Assembly (NCBI GenBank): GCA_902530985.1
Contig: CACACI010000004.1
Span: 2,339-66,338, forward strand
Origin: an uncultured Alphaproteobacteria bacterium
Lineage (GTDB): Bacteria > Pseudomonadota > Alphaproteobacteria > Methylaequorales > Methylaequoraceae
DNA length: 64,000 nt
Direction: 5' to 3'
The translations under genes and the position numbers were made by a program. Below, piece by piece: positions 21,126 through 29,405 of this stretch. How positions within the stretch are numbered: the first letter of the stretch is position 1; each line of letters starts with the position of its first letter. The notes beneath the pieces are model-generated. The model searched no databases. It was given only the letters and a program-made list of their open reading frames with translations, and was not told where the DNA came from.

Positions 21126-22102
21126 AAATAAAAAATATTTACATCGAAAAGCAAATCGAAAAACATAAAAATACAAAAAGAATTGTTAAAAATATAAAAT
21201 TTGAAAATATTATATTATGCGATCATTACTCACAAATATTTAATACATCAAATCAAAGTTTTAGAATTCAAAAAAAGTTTCCATCTTTAATACTTGCAAA
21301 AAAAGAAAACAATTTTATTTTCAAAACACCTAATGGCTTTAATATAGGTTTCAAAAATAATTATTATTTTTCTCATATGTTGAATTGTCCTTATGATTGC
21401 AAATATTGTTATCTTCAAGGAATGTTCAACTCTGCCAACTATCTTGTATTTGTTAATTATGAAGATTTTTATTCATCAATAAAAGATAAAATTAATGAAA
21501 CCAATGAAACGACTTGTTTCTTTTCAGGTTATGATTGTGATAGTTTGGCACTTGAAAATATTACCAATTTTCTTAATGATTTTTTAAAATATTTTAAAGA
21601 TTTAAAAAAAGGGGTATTAGAAATAAGATCAAAAAGTGTTAATATAAATGTTTTAAAAAATGTACAACCACTAAATAACGTTATTCCAGCCTTTAGCCTT
21701 AACCCTCAATTTGTTATTGAAAAATTTGAAGACAAAACTCCAGATTTATCAAAAAGATTAAATGCAATTAAATCACTACAAAAACTTGGATGGAATATTG
21801 GTTTGAGATTTGATCCGCTTATTTGGTTTAACAAACAAGATCAATATAAATTATTTTTTTCAAATATATTTGATTATCTTGATACCAATAAGATACATTC
21901 AGTAACTTTAGGTGCTTTTAGAATGCCATCAAGTTTTTTAAAAAAAATAGCAAATGATAGACCTTATAATTATTTGATTCAAATGGGTAATTCAAAAAGG
22001 TTGCTAGGTATTGAAACGAGTGATTTCGATGAAAATAAAAGAATGTTCTGCAAACAGCAAATAATGAAGTTCATACCAAAAGAAAAGGTCTTTATAAATT
22101 AG
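21122..22102 (+). CDS. spore photoproduct lyase (SplB)-family radical SAM protein
   Basis: NCPYDCKYCYLQ (CxxxCxxC with the SPL-type YCYL tail), EIRSKS, FSLNP, RFDP. Confidence 0.82.
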   Translation: MKIKNIYIEKQIEKHKNTKRIVKNIKFENIILCDHYSQIFNTSNQSFRIQKKFPSLILAKKENNFIFKTPNGFNIGFKNNYYFSHMLNCPYDCKYCYLQGMFNSANYLVFVNYEDFYSSIKDKINETNETTCFFSGYDCDSLALENITNFLNDFLKYFKDLKKGVLEIRSKSVNINVLKNVQPLNNVIPAFSLNPQFVIEKFEDKTPDLSKRLNAIKSLQKLGWNIGLRFDPLIWFNKQDQYKLFFSNIFDYLDTNKIHSVTLGAFRMPSSFLKKIANDRPYNYLIQMGNSKRLLGIETSDFDENKRMFCKQQIMKFIPKEKVFIN

Positions 22103-22473
22103 AATTTTTTATCTTTATATTCAAACTTTCTACAGTTCAAAAAAAGAGAGCTCACTTGACTATCATCGTATCTAGTGAAATTTAAAACCAGTTCTCCAGA
22201 GTATCTTCCAATAATTGCGGAAATCTCTCCATCAGAGTCACTATACATTCTTATATTTTTTGCAGTCCATGAAATATTTGATTTAGTAATCAAAATTTCA
22301 TCTGCAATAAAAGATAAACCACCTAAATCAATTCTTTTTGAATCAGAATCTAACAAAAGAAATACATCTTTAACGTCAACTTCTTTAAAATTAGAGGAGT
22401 TATTTGTACATAGCAGATTTAATTCTAGAGAAAATAGTAACTTTGGAATTAAAAGAATTAGAAAAAAGTACAT
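22099..22473 (-). CDS. hypothetical secreted protein
   Basis: Short signal peptide; one Cys near each end (possible disulfide). Confidence 0.6.
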   Translation of the reverse strand: MYFFLILLIPKLLFSLELNLLCTNNSSNFKEVDVKDVFLLLDSDSKRIDLGGLSFIADEILITKSNISWTAKNIRMYSDSDGEISAIIGRYSGELVLNFTRYDDSQVSSLFLNCRKFEYKDKKF

Positions 22474-22643
22474 AAAAAGATAATTTCAAAAAAAATTAAA
22501 TTGTCAATTTTAATTTTTTATACAATAAAGTTTTTTATATTTTAAAGTAAATATTATTTGTGTTTAGCTATGTAGAGACATTTTGTTAATATAACTTTAT
22601 AGTTTTAATAAATCGATTACTTTTAATTATTTTAACGAAATCA

Positions 22644-23384
22644 ATGTGGAAACGAAAATTATATATAAAAGATAATCTTACACCTTTCTCAATTAGTAGA
22701 TCTAAAATTGATTTATTTTTTGATTGTTATCGATGCTTTTATCTTGACCAAAGATTTGGAATTAAAAGACCACATGGCACACCTCTAGTTATCAATAATT
22801 TTGTTGTTAATCATTTTAAAAGTATTTTAAATGAATACAGAACCAACCAAACTGTTTTTCCAGATTCAAAAAGAATTAATAAAAAACTAATTCCAAGTAA
22901 TAATGAATTATTAGAAAACTGGAGCCACCCTTTTAAAGGTATCTCATCCATCGATAGAAAAACAAATTTTAAAATAAAAGCAAATCTAGATGATGTATGG
23001 CAATGTGAAGAAACCAAAGAATATTATCCAATAATTATAAAAAGTACATCAAGAAAAAAAGATATAAGTTTTGATAGTATATGGCCAGGATATTGGAAAC
23101 AATTATCATTATATTCTTATTTACTCTCAAAAAATTCAATTAAGACAGGTTCTATTGGAATTTTGGTTTATCTAAATGCTTCTGAGAATTTACCAAATGA
23201 CATAAATAAAATTGATTTTGACTTGTTAATATTTGATCGAAAATTAGATCTATCATGGATTGAACCGACACTGGATGTAATCCATAAAACTTTAAATTCA
23301 GATACTGTGCCAATGGGAAGAAATAGTTGTAAATTTTGTAGGTATCAAATAGATATACAAAGAGTACTTGATGGAAAATTCTAA
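22644..23384 (+). CDS. PD-(D/E)XK / Cas4-like nuclease-fold protein, catalytic motif apparently degenerate
   Basis: SRSKIDLF..CYRCFY, LDDVW, QLSLY (QxxxY), C-terminal CKFC; PIIIK sits where DYK is expected. Confidence 0.75.
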   Translation: MWKRKLYIKDNLTPFSISRSKIDLFFDCYRCFYLDQRFGIKRPHGTPLVINNFVVNHFKSILNEYRTNQTVFPDSKRINKKLIPSNNELLENWSHPFKGISSIDRKTNFKIKANLDDVWQCEETKEYYPIIIKSTSRKKDISFDSIWPGYWKQLSLYSYLLSKNSIKTGSIGILVYLNASENLPNDINKIDFDLLIFDRKLDLSWIEPTLDVIHKTLNSDTVPMGRNSCKFCRYQIDIQRVLDGKF

Positions 23385-24690
23385 AATAATCAAAAAATTA
23401 GAATCAACTAATTCCAGAATATCAAAAGAAGAAATTATTTTAAATGAAATGAAAAATAATAATCAAGTGTTCTTCAAAGGAATGGAATTAGCTTACAATA
23501 AATTATTAACTTTTGGTGTTAAAAAAATCCCTGAAGCAAGCAATGATGGTTCAGGCCTTTTATGGGAAGAATTTAACTCTCTAGCAACAAACTTGATTTC
23601 AAGAAAAATTACTGGTCATGCGGCAAGAGATGAAATTTTGGAAAAAATGAATAAAGCAAATAAAGATGAATGGAATTTTTTTTATAAAAGGATCTTACAA
23701 AAAGATATGAGATGTGGGTTATCAGAAAAAACTATAAATAATGTTTCAAAGAAAAATAATTTTTCACAATATCAAATCCCTGTGTTCGCCTGTCAACTGG
23801 CTCAGGACTCAGAATCACACCAAAAAAAATTAACTGGAAAGAAATTTTTAGAAGTTAAGCTAGATGGAGTAAGAGTTATTTCCATACTTTATCCAAATAC
23901 ACAAGTTGATTTTTTTAGTAGAAATGGAAAAGAATTAAACAACTTTATGGATATTCAAAAAGAATTATCAGACTGTATAGCTAAAAACCCTATAAAATCA
24001 GCATTAGTTTTAGATGGAGAAGTTGTTAGTAAAAACTTCCAAGAATTAATGAAACAAATACACAGAAAAAACGCACCCCAAAACCTTGATGCAACATTAT
24101 TTTTATTTGATATTATCCCTTTTGAAAGTTTTAAGTCTGGAATTGAAAGAAAGGTATATACAGAACGTACAAATCTTCTTAAAGATTGGTATAATAAGCA
24201 TTCAAACAATTTTCAAAAAATTAAACTAATTGAAAAACAGTTAGTAGACTTAAATACAATCGATGGAAAAGAAAAATTTAAAACTTTTAATAATCAATCT
24301 ATTATTGATGGTTATGAAGGTATTATGATTAAAGAACCAGAATCTTTTTATGAATGTAAAAGATCTTCAACTTGGTTAAAATTAAAACCTATAATAGAAA
24401 TCTCACTCAAAGTTTCAAATTATGAAGAAGGTTCTGGAAAAAATTCTGGAAAGTTAGGTGCATTAATTGCTGAAGGTTATGATAATGGAAAATTCTTTAA
24501 ACTAAATATTGGTTCGGGCTTTTCTGATGCACAAAGAAATACTTTTTGGCAAGCAAGAAAAGATTTAATTGGACAGATTATTGAAATAAGAGCAGATTCT
24601 ATAAGTAAAAGTCAAGATGGTAAGCATTGGAGTCTCAGGTTTCCAAGGTTTAAGTGTTTTAGAGGAGTTGAAAAGAATGAAAAGTTATAA
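23371..24690 (+). CDS. ATP-dependent DNA ligase
   Basis: EVKLDGVR (KxDG), SRNGK, LDGE, LFD, EGIMIK, WLKLK, GSGFSD, SLRFPRF. Confidence 0.93.
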   Translation: MENSKIIKKLESTNSRISKEEIILNEMKNNNQVFFKGMELAYNKLLTFGVKKIPEASNDGSGLLWEEFNSLATNLISRKITGHAARDEILEKMNKANKDEWNFFYKRILQKDMRCGLSEKTINNVSKKNNFSQYQIPVFACQLAQDSESHQKKLTGKKFLEVKLDGVRVISILYPNTQVDFFSRNGKELNNFMDIQKELSDCIAKNPIKSALVLDGEVVSKNFQELMKQIHRKNAPQNLDATLFLFDIIPFESFKSGIERKVYTERTNLLKDWYNKHSNNFQKIKLIEKQLVDLNTIDGKEKFKTFNNQSIIDGYEGIMIKEPESFYECKRSSTWLKLKPIIEISLKVSNYEEGSGKNSGKLGALIAEGYDNGKFFKLNIGSGFSDAQRNTFWQARKDLIGQIIEIRADSISKSQDGKHWSLRFPRFKCFRGVEKNEKL

Positions 24691-24706
24691 CTATTTTGTT
24701 TATATA

Positions 24707-25171
24707 ATGAAAAATTCAATTAATTATATTCTAATATTTTTATTATTCTTAATTTTTTCATGTGAGAAAAAAGATAATAAGATCATTGGCCAAATTGTTG
24801 GAGCAGCTGTTGGAGGATATTTGGGTTCAAAAGTTGGTACAGGAGTGTCAAAAGATATAGCTACAATCTTAGGTGGAGCTGCAGGATATATTTTAGGAGG
24901 AAAAATTGTTCAAATTTTAAGTGAAGATGAAAAAAATGAATTTAATAGTGTAATTGAAGAATCACTTGATAATAATCCAGATAATACCCCAGAGCCTTGG
25001 AATAGCTCAACACATGAAGAAACATCTGGCGAGGTGATTCCACTTAACAGTTATTTAATTAAGAACAATACATGTAGAGATTTCAAGAAGATAATAAAAA
25101 AGAATAATGAAATATTTGAAGAAAAATCTACAGCTTGTAGAAATGAAGATGGAAACTGGATTCTTATTTAA
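24707..25171 (+). CDS. 17-kDa surface antigen-like glycine-zipper lipoprotein
   Basis: Lipobox IFSC, GxxxG zipper (GQIVGAAVGGYLGS), CRDF...TACR...GNW C-terminus; start 24677 or 24707. Confidence 0.82.
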   Translation: MKNSINYILIFLLFLIFSCEKKDNKIIGQIVGAAVGGYLGSKVGTGVSKDIATILGGAAGYILGGKIVQILSEDEKNEFNSVIEESLDNNPDNTPEPWNSSTHEETSGEVIPLNSYLIKNNTCRDFKKIIKKNNEIFEEKSTACRNEDGNWILI

Positions 25172-27650
25172 CTTTCCATAAATGTATTAAGATTGGAAGA
25201 AATATTAAACTTGAAATCAATGTATTTAATAAACTCAAGAATAATAGGATTCCCATTGATGAAGTTCCCTGATGTGATGACAAATATAAAGTGCCGAATG
25301 AAAACATTGTTGTCAAACCACTAAATAATATTGCTGAAGGTGTATTAGATTTATAAACTTTTACTATATCTTTTAATTCTTCATACCTTTTTAAAAAATA
25401 GATTGGATAACTTATACCAAGAGTAAATAGCAGTGGCAAAGCAATCATATTTGCAAAATTTAGATCTATATTTAGTAAAATCATCCAGAAAATGGTCAGT
25501 ATAAAAGCACTAATTAACGAAAATAAACAAATTAAAACAGTTTTTAAATTTTTAAAGATGAGAAGCAAAAAAAGTGTCAAAAATGTCATTGAAATTATAA
25601 AAGCTTTCATAAATGAATTTATCACTACCTTACCAGCTTTAAATTGTATTATTGGCATTCCTGTAGCATTGGGAAAAAAGTTTTCAACTGCTAAGACAAA
25701 TTTCTTTAAATTTTCTGGCTTAGATAAATCTTTTTCAGGAAAGATTTCAACACGATGCATTCCAGTCTCTGAAATATACCTTGACTGGAAATTCTGGGGA
25801 ACAGATTCCCTAATATTATTAGGAATCAAACCAAGCATTTCAATGAATATAATTATTTCATCAAAATCATTAAATAAAAAATGCTGAATTTCAGAGGATG
25901 AATACCCTTCTTTATCAAGTGCTAAAATCTCATTTTTAAGTTTTTCAGCTTTTTTTGAAACTAGTTCAATATCATTCTCGATAAATTTATAAAGCAATCT
26001 TTTAAATCTTGTAATTTCATCTTTTCTTTTATCAATTCTAATAAAAGGTTTCTTTGATAAAAGGAATTTAAGATATTCCAGATCTTCTGATTTATATTCT
26101 TGAAAAATTTTTGAGAAAGTAAAGAAAGACTTTACATTTTCATCAACGAATATTTGGTGTGATTCGTCAAAATTTTTAATTTCTTTTTTATCAAGGATTA
26201 TCGAAACTACATAATCAGATGTTGGGTTTTTTTCAACTAGCTCTTTAGCTAATTTTACGGATTGAAGCTTTTGATCTTTTAAATTTAAAGCATCTGAATC
26301 AAATCCAACTTTTTTTAAATTAAATAAAACAAATAATAGAATAATTGCAAAAGTTCCAATTAGTATATTTTGATTCCTAAACAACAAATTTATAAATCCA
26401 CTACTATCAAACTCTAAAAAATTATATTTCATATTATCTGGAAAAATTAATAACAAACTTGGAAGAAGTGTTATATTTATTATGAATCCAACTATTAATC
26501 CAATAGCAGAAATCATACCTAACTCTGAAAGACCAATATAATCTGTTGGGATAAATGATAAAAATCCAATTATTGAGGGGATAGAAGCAAATAACAGCGT
26601 TTTATAAATTGAATAAACTTTTACAACACAATCATTTTTTTTTTTAAAATTTATTTTTTCAGAAATTCTTGAGCATACTTGAATAGCATAATCAACTGAC
26701 AATCCAATAAAGAGTACTGCAAATGCAACAGATATAAGATTTAATGAACCAATTGTATAAGTAGTAATTCCTATAGTTATAATTAAACCTAAGAAAATTA
26801 CAAACAATATAGAACTTATAACTACTAAGTTCCTGATTGCAATCCATAGCAGAATTCCAACTAAAATAAAACTTAGTAAACCAGAAAATATTGATCCAGA
26901 AGAAACTGATTTTATTTCCTCATAATCTATTATTAACCCTCCAGTAAAATCAATTTTAATATCGTGGTTTTCATTTGATTTTAAATCAGATAAGAAATTA
27001 TAGATTTTTTTAAAACCATTATTCTTTAAATAATTTTCTTTTACCCCAAAAAGAATAAAAAAGTCATTATCTTTGCTGAGTAAACCTTTCCAATCTACAT
27101 TCTTTTTTAAAGTTAAAGATCTTGTAAAACTCTCAAAAATATTTTCAAACTCAGCCAAAGTCTCATGAGAATTATTCTTAAATGAAAGTTCAATTAAGTT
27201 ATTAAATCCCTCAAGTTTGTTTTCATGGTTATTTATTTGAGACAAAAAAGGTTGATAACTATATAGTTTCTGAATGAGATTTTCCTTTTCGGAATCATTT
27301 AAAAATAGAAAAAAATTTTTTTTAAATATCTCATCAAAGTTAGGTGAATAAACAAATGAAATTGCCTTATTTAGATTTAATTCATTAATAATCCTTTTAC
27401 CTATTTGAACTGATTTTTCCTGATTAGAGGTTTTGACTCTAATTAATATGTTGTTATCAAGTATATTAAATGAATCTTTTAATTTTTTTTGATTGATTTT
27501 AAAGTCTAATTGATTGTTTATTAAATCATTAGTTGAAGTATTAATTTGTAAATTATTTAAAGCAAAATTTGCTGAAATAATCCCAAAAAAGAAATATATT
27601 GAAACTATAATTCTGGGATACTTAAATAAAAATTCTAGAAATTTTATCAT
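25164..27650 (-). CDS. hpnN: hopanoid transporter HpnN-like MMPL/RND protein
   Basis: ISVAFAVLFIGLSVDY, NFANMIALPLL, SSHQGTSSMG motifs characteristic of HpnN; two TM bundles. Confidence 0.8.
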   Translation of the reverse strand: MIKFLEFLFKYPRIIVSIYFFFGIISANFALNNLQINTSTNDLINNQLDFKINQKKLKDSFNILDNNILIRVKTSNQEKSVQIGKRIINELNLNKAISFVYSPNFDEIFKKNFFLFLNDSEKENLIQKLYSYQPFLSQINNHENKLEGFNNLIELSFKNNSHETLAEFENIFESFTRSLTLKKNVDWKGLLSKDNDFFILFGVKENYLKNNGFKKIYNFLSDLKSNENHDIKIDFTGGLIIDYEEIKSVSSGSIFSGLLSFILVGILLWIAIRNLVVISSILFVIFLGLIITIGITTYTIGSLNLISVAFAVLFIGLSVDYAIQVCSRISEKINFKKKNDCVVKVYSIYKTLLFASIPSIIGFLSFIPTDYIGLSELGMISAIGLIVGFIINITLLPSLLLIFPDNMKYNFLEFDSSGFINLLFRNQNILIGTFAIILLFVLFNLKKVGFDSDALNLKDQKLQSVKLAKELVEKNPTSDYVVSIILDKKEIKNFDESHQIFVDENVKSFFTFSKIFQEYKSEDLEYLKFLLSKKPFIRIDKRKDEITRFKRLLYKFIENDIELVSKKAEKLKNEILALDKEGYSSSEIQHFLFNDFDEIIIFIEMLGLIPNNIRESVPQNFQSRYISETGMHRVEIFPEKDLSKPENLKKFVLAVENFFPNATGMPIIQFKAGKVVINSFMKAFIISMTFLTLFLLLIFKNLKTVLICLFSLISAFILTIFWMILLNIDLNFANMIALPLLFTLGISYPIYFLKRYEELKDIVKVYKSNTPSAILFSGLTTMFSFGTLYLSSHQGTSSMGILLFLSLLNTLISSLIFLPILIHLWKVK

Positions 27651-27713
27651 ATTTAATTCAATATGGATTATTAATTTTATAAATCAAAATTACTACAGTT
27701 TTTTTTACATATT

Positions 27714-27899
27714 ATGTATAATAAAATAATTGAAAAAGTTTCTAACAATAAATTGAATAGAACCAAGTACAAAGTTAAGAGATTGAAAACAATTTCAGGG
27801 CTTATACATGCAGTCATTGTTGATATTGATGACGAAAATTCAGAAATCTTAGTTGCATTATCAGTATTAGAGGATAAAAATAAGTTTAAGATATTATAA
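27714..27899 (+). CDS. small hypothetical protein
   Basis: 61-aa ORF fills the gap between the divergent hpnN and the mxaD-like gene; protein-like composition. Confidence 0.5.
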   Translation: MYNKIIEKVSNNKLNRTKYKVKRLKTISGLIHAVIVDIDDENSEILVALSVLEDKNKFKIL

Positions 27900-27915
27900 A
27901 TTATTAGGAAAAAAT

Positions 27916-28443
27916 ATGCCATATTACAAAATTGTTATCATTTTTATTGTCATTTTCTTAATTAATGACTCAAGTTTTTCTCATGGACCATCTAGACAGA
28001 AAGTTTCGGAATCCATTGAAATCAATGCTTCTGCTGAAGAGGTTTGGAAAATTGTAAGCGATTTTAAAAATTTTAAATGGAACCCCACGATTACAGAAAC
28101 TTCAGCTGAAAGTAATAAAGCTGGCTCTGAAAGAGTTATTAAATTTAAGACAGGAGAAACAATAAAACAAAAATTAGAAAAAATTAATCAAAAAAAAATG
28201 ATGATTAATTGGAGAATTCTTGAGACAGATAACAAAATTTTACCGGTGAATAGTTATGCAGCTAAAGTTTTTGTAAAATCTCAAGATAATAAAACAATTG
28301 TTCAATATAAATCAGGGTTCTATAGAGGTTTTATGGGAAACGACCCACCACCTGAATTGAACGATGAAAATTCAAAAAAATTGGTAAAAACTTTTATCAC
28401 TGAAAATCTCAAAGGATTAAAGCAAATTATTGAAAAAAAATAA
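27916..28443 (+). CDS. MxaD-like periplasmic SRPBCC protein
   Basis: Signal peptide followed by HGPSRQKV, SRPBCC-type VWKIVSDF, and FYRGFMGNDPPPELND as in MxaD homologues. Confidence 0.75.
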   Translation: MPYYKIVIIFIVIFLINDSSFSHGPSRQKVSESIEINASAEEVWKIVSDFKNFKWNPTITETSAESNKAGSERVIKFKTGETIKQKLEKINQKKMMINWRILETDNKILPVNSYAAKVFVKSQDNKTIVQYKSGFYRGFMGNDPPPELNDENSKKLVKTFITENLKGLKQIIEKK

Positions 28444-29405
28444 TGTCTTTTTATTTTTTTTTCATAATAATTTTTACTTTTTTTTTCCCTAACTGCCAAG
28501 AATTAGCATTTATCACAAATCAAGAGAGTAATATGGTTGATGTAATTGATTTAAATAATAAAAAAAAGATTAAAGAAATCAAAGTTGGAAATAAGCCCGC
28601 TGCCATTTTTGTTGACGAAAATTCAAACCGAGTATTTGTATCAAATCCCGAAAGTAATGATATTTCAATTATAGACCTTATCAATGATTCAAATATTTTA
28701 ATTGATGCTGGTTCAAGTCCTATGGGTATTAGCTTGGATAAGGCAAGAAATTTTTTGTTCGTATCAAACTGGTATGATAATACCGTAACAGTTATTGATC
28801 TTAATTTAGAAAAGAAAATAAAAATAATTGCTGTGGGAAAGTCCCCAGCAGGAATCTACCTAGATGAACCTTATAATAGACTTTTTGTATCTAATAGAGA
28901 GGACAATAATATTTCAGTAATAGATACAAAAAAATTTATTGTAATGAAAGAAATTAAGGTTCAGAAGGCACCATTTGGAATTTATTCGGAAAACTATTTA
29001 GACTATATCGTTGTCACAAACGTTCAATCTAATTCTATATCAATAATAGATAAAAAACAATTGAATTTAGTATCAAATATCAAAGTTGGACAATGGCCTT
29101 ATTCTGCTATTCATAATAAAAATAAAAATCTTCTATATATTACTAATCAAAGAGGAAACAGTTTATCTATAATAGACATGAATAAACAAAAGAATATATC
29201 CACCCTTAGTGAAATATGTGAGTATCCTGAAGGCATTGATATTAGTTACTCACAAAATTTAATTGTTGTCGCTTGTTGGTTTCAAGATAATATTATTCTT
29301 ATTGATATTAATAACTATGAGATAATAAAAATAATTGAGACTTCTGGAGGTCCAAGAGCATTCGGAAGATTTATTCTAAGTAGAAACAATGAATATCATA
29401 GATAA
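28443..29405 (+). CDS. YVTN beta-propeller protein (MxaE-like)
   Basis: Repeated (F/Y)V(S/T)N...VG.xP blades, C-terminal GPRAFGRFI; follows the mxaD-like gene. Confidence 0.78.
   Translation: MSFYFFFIIIFTFFFPNCQELAFITNQESNMVDVIDLNNKKKIKEIKVGNKPAAIFVDENSNRVFVSNPESNDISIIDLINDSNILIDAGSSPMGISLDKARNFLFVSNWYDNTVTVIDLNLEKKIKIIAVGKSPAGIYLDEPYNRLFVSNREDNNISVIDTKKFIVMKEIKVQKAPFGIYSENYLDYIVVTNVQSNSISIIDKKQLNLVSNIKVGQWPYSAIHNKNKNLLYITNQRGNSLSIIDMNKQKNISTLSEICEYPEGIDISYSQNLIVVACWFQDNIILIDINNYEIIKIIETSGGPRAFGRFILSRNNEYHR

Noticed and set aside
20334-22102. HpnG/HpnH pair serving the nearby hpnN
   Set aside because: The radical SAM has SplB-type motifs (YCYLQ, RFDP) rather than HpnH features; the resemblance is only at fold level.
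22491-22518. A/T palindrome upstream of the nuclease-ligase pair as an SOS-type operator
   Set aside because: Low complexity, and it does not match the alphaproteobacterial LexA box (GTTC-N7-GTTC).
22644-23384. Cas4 as evidence for a CRISPR-Cas locus
   Set aside because: No cas1/cas2 and no repeat-spacer array seen anywhere in the window.
22644-24690. Prophage remnant
   Set aside because: No integrase, structural, terminase or att features; flanking genes are cellular.
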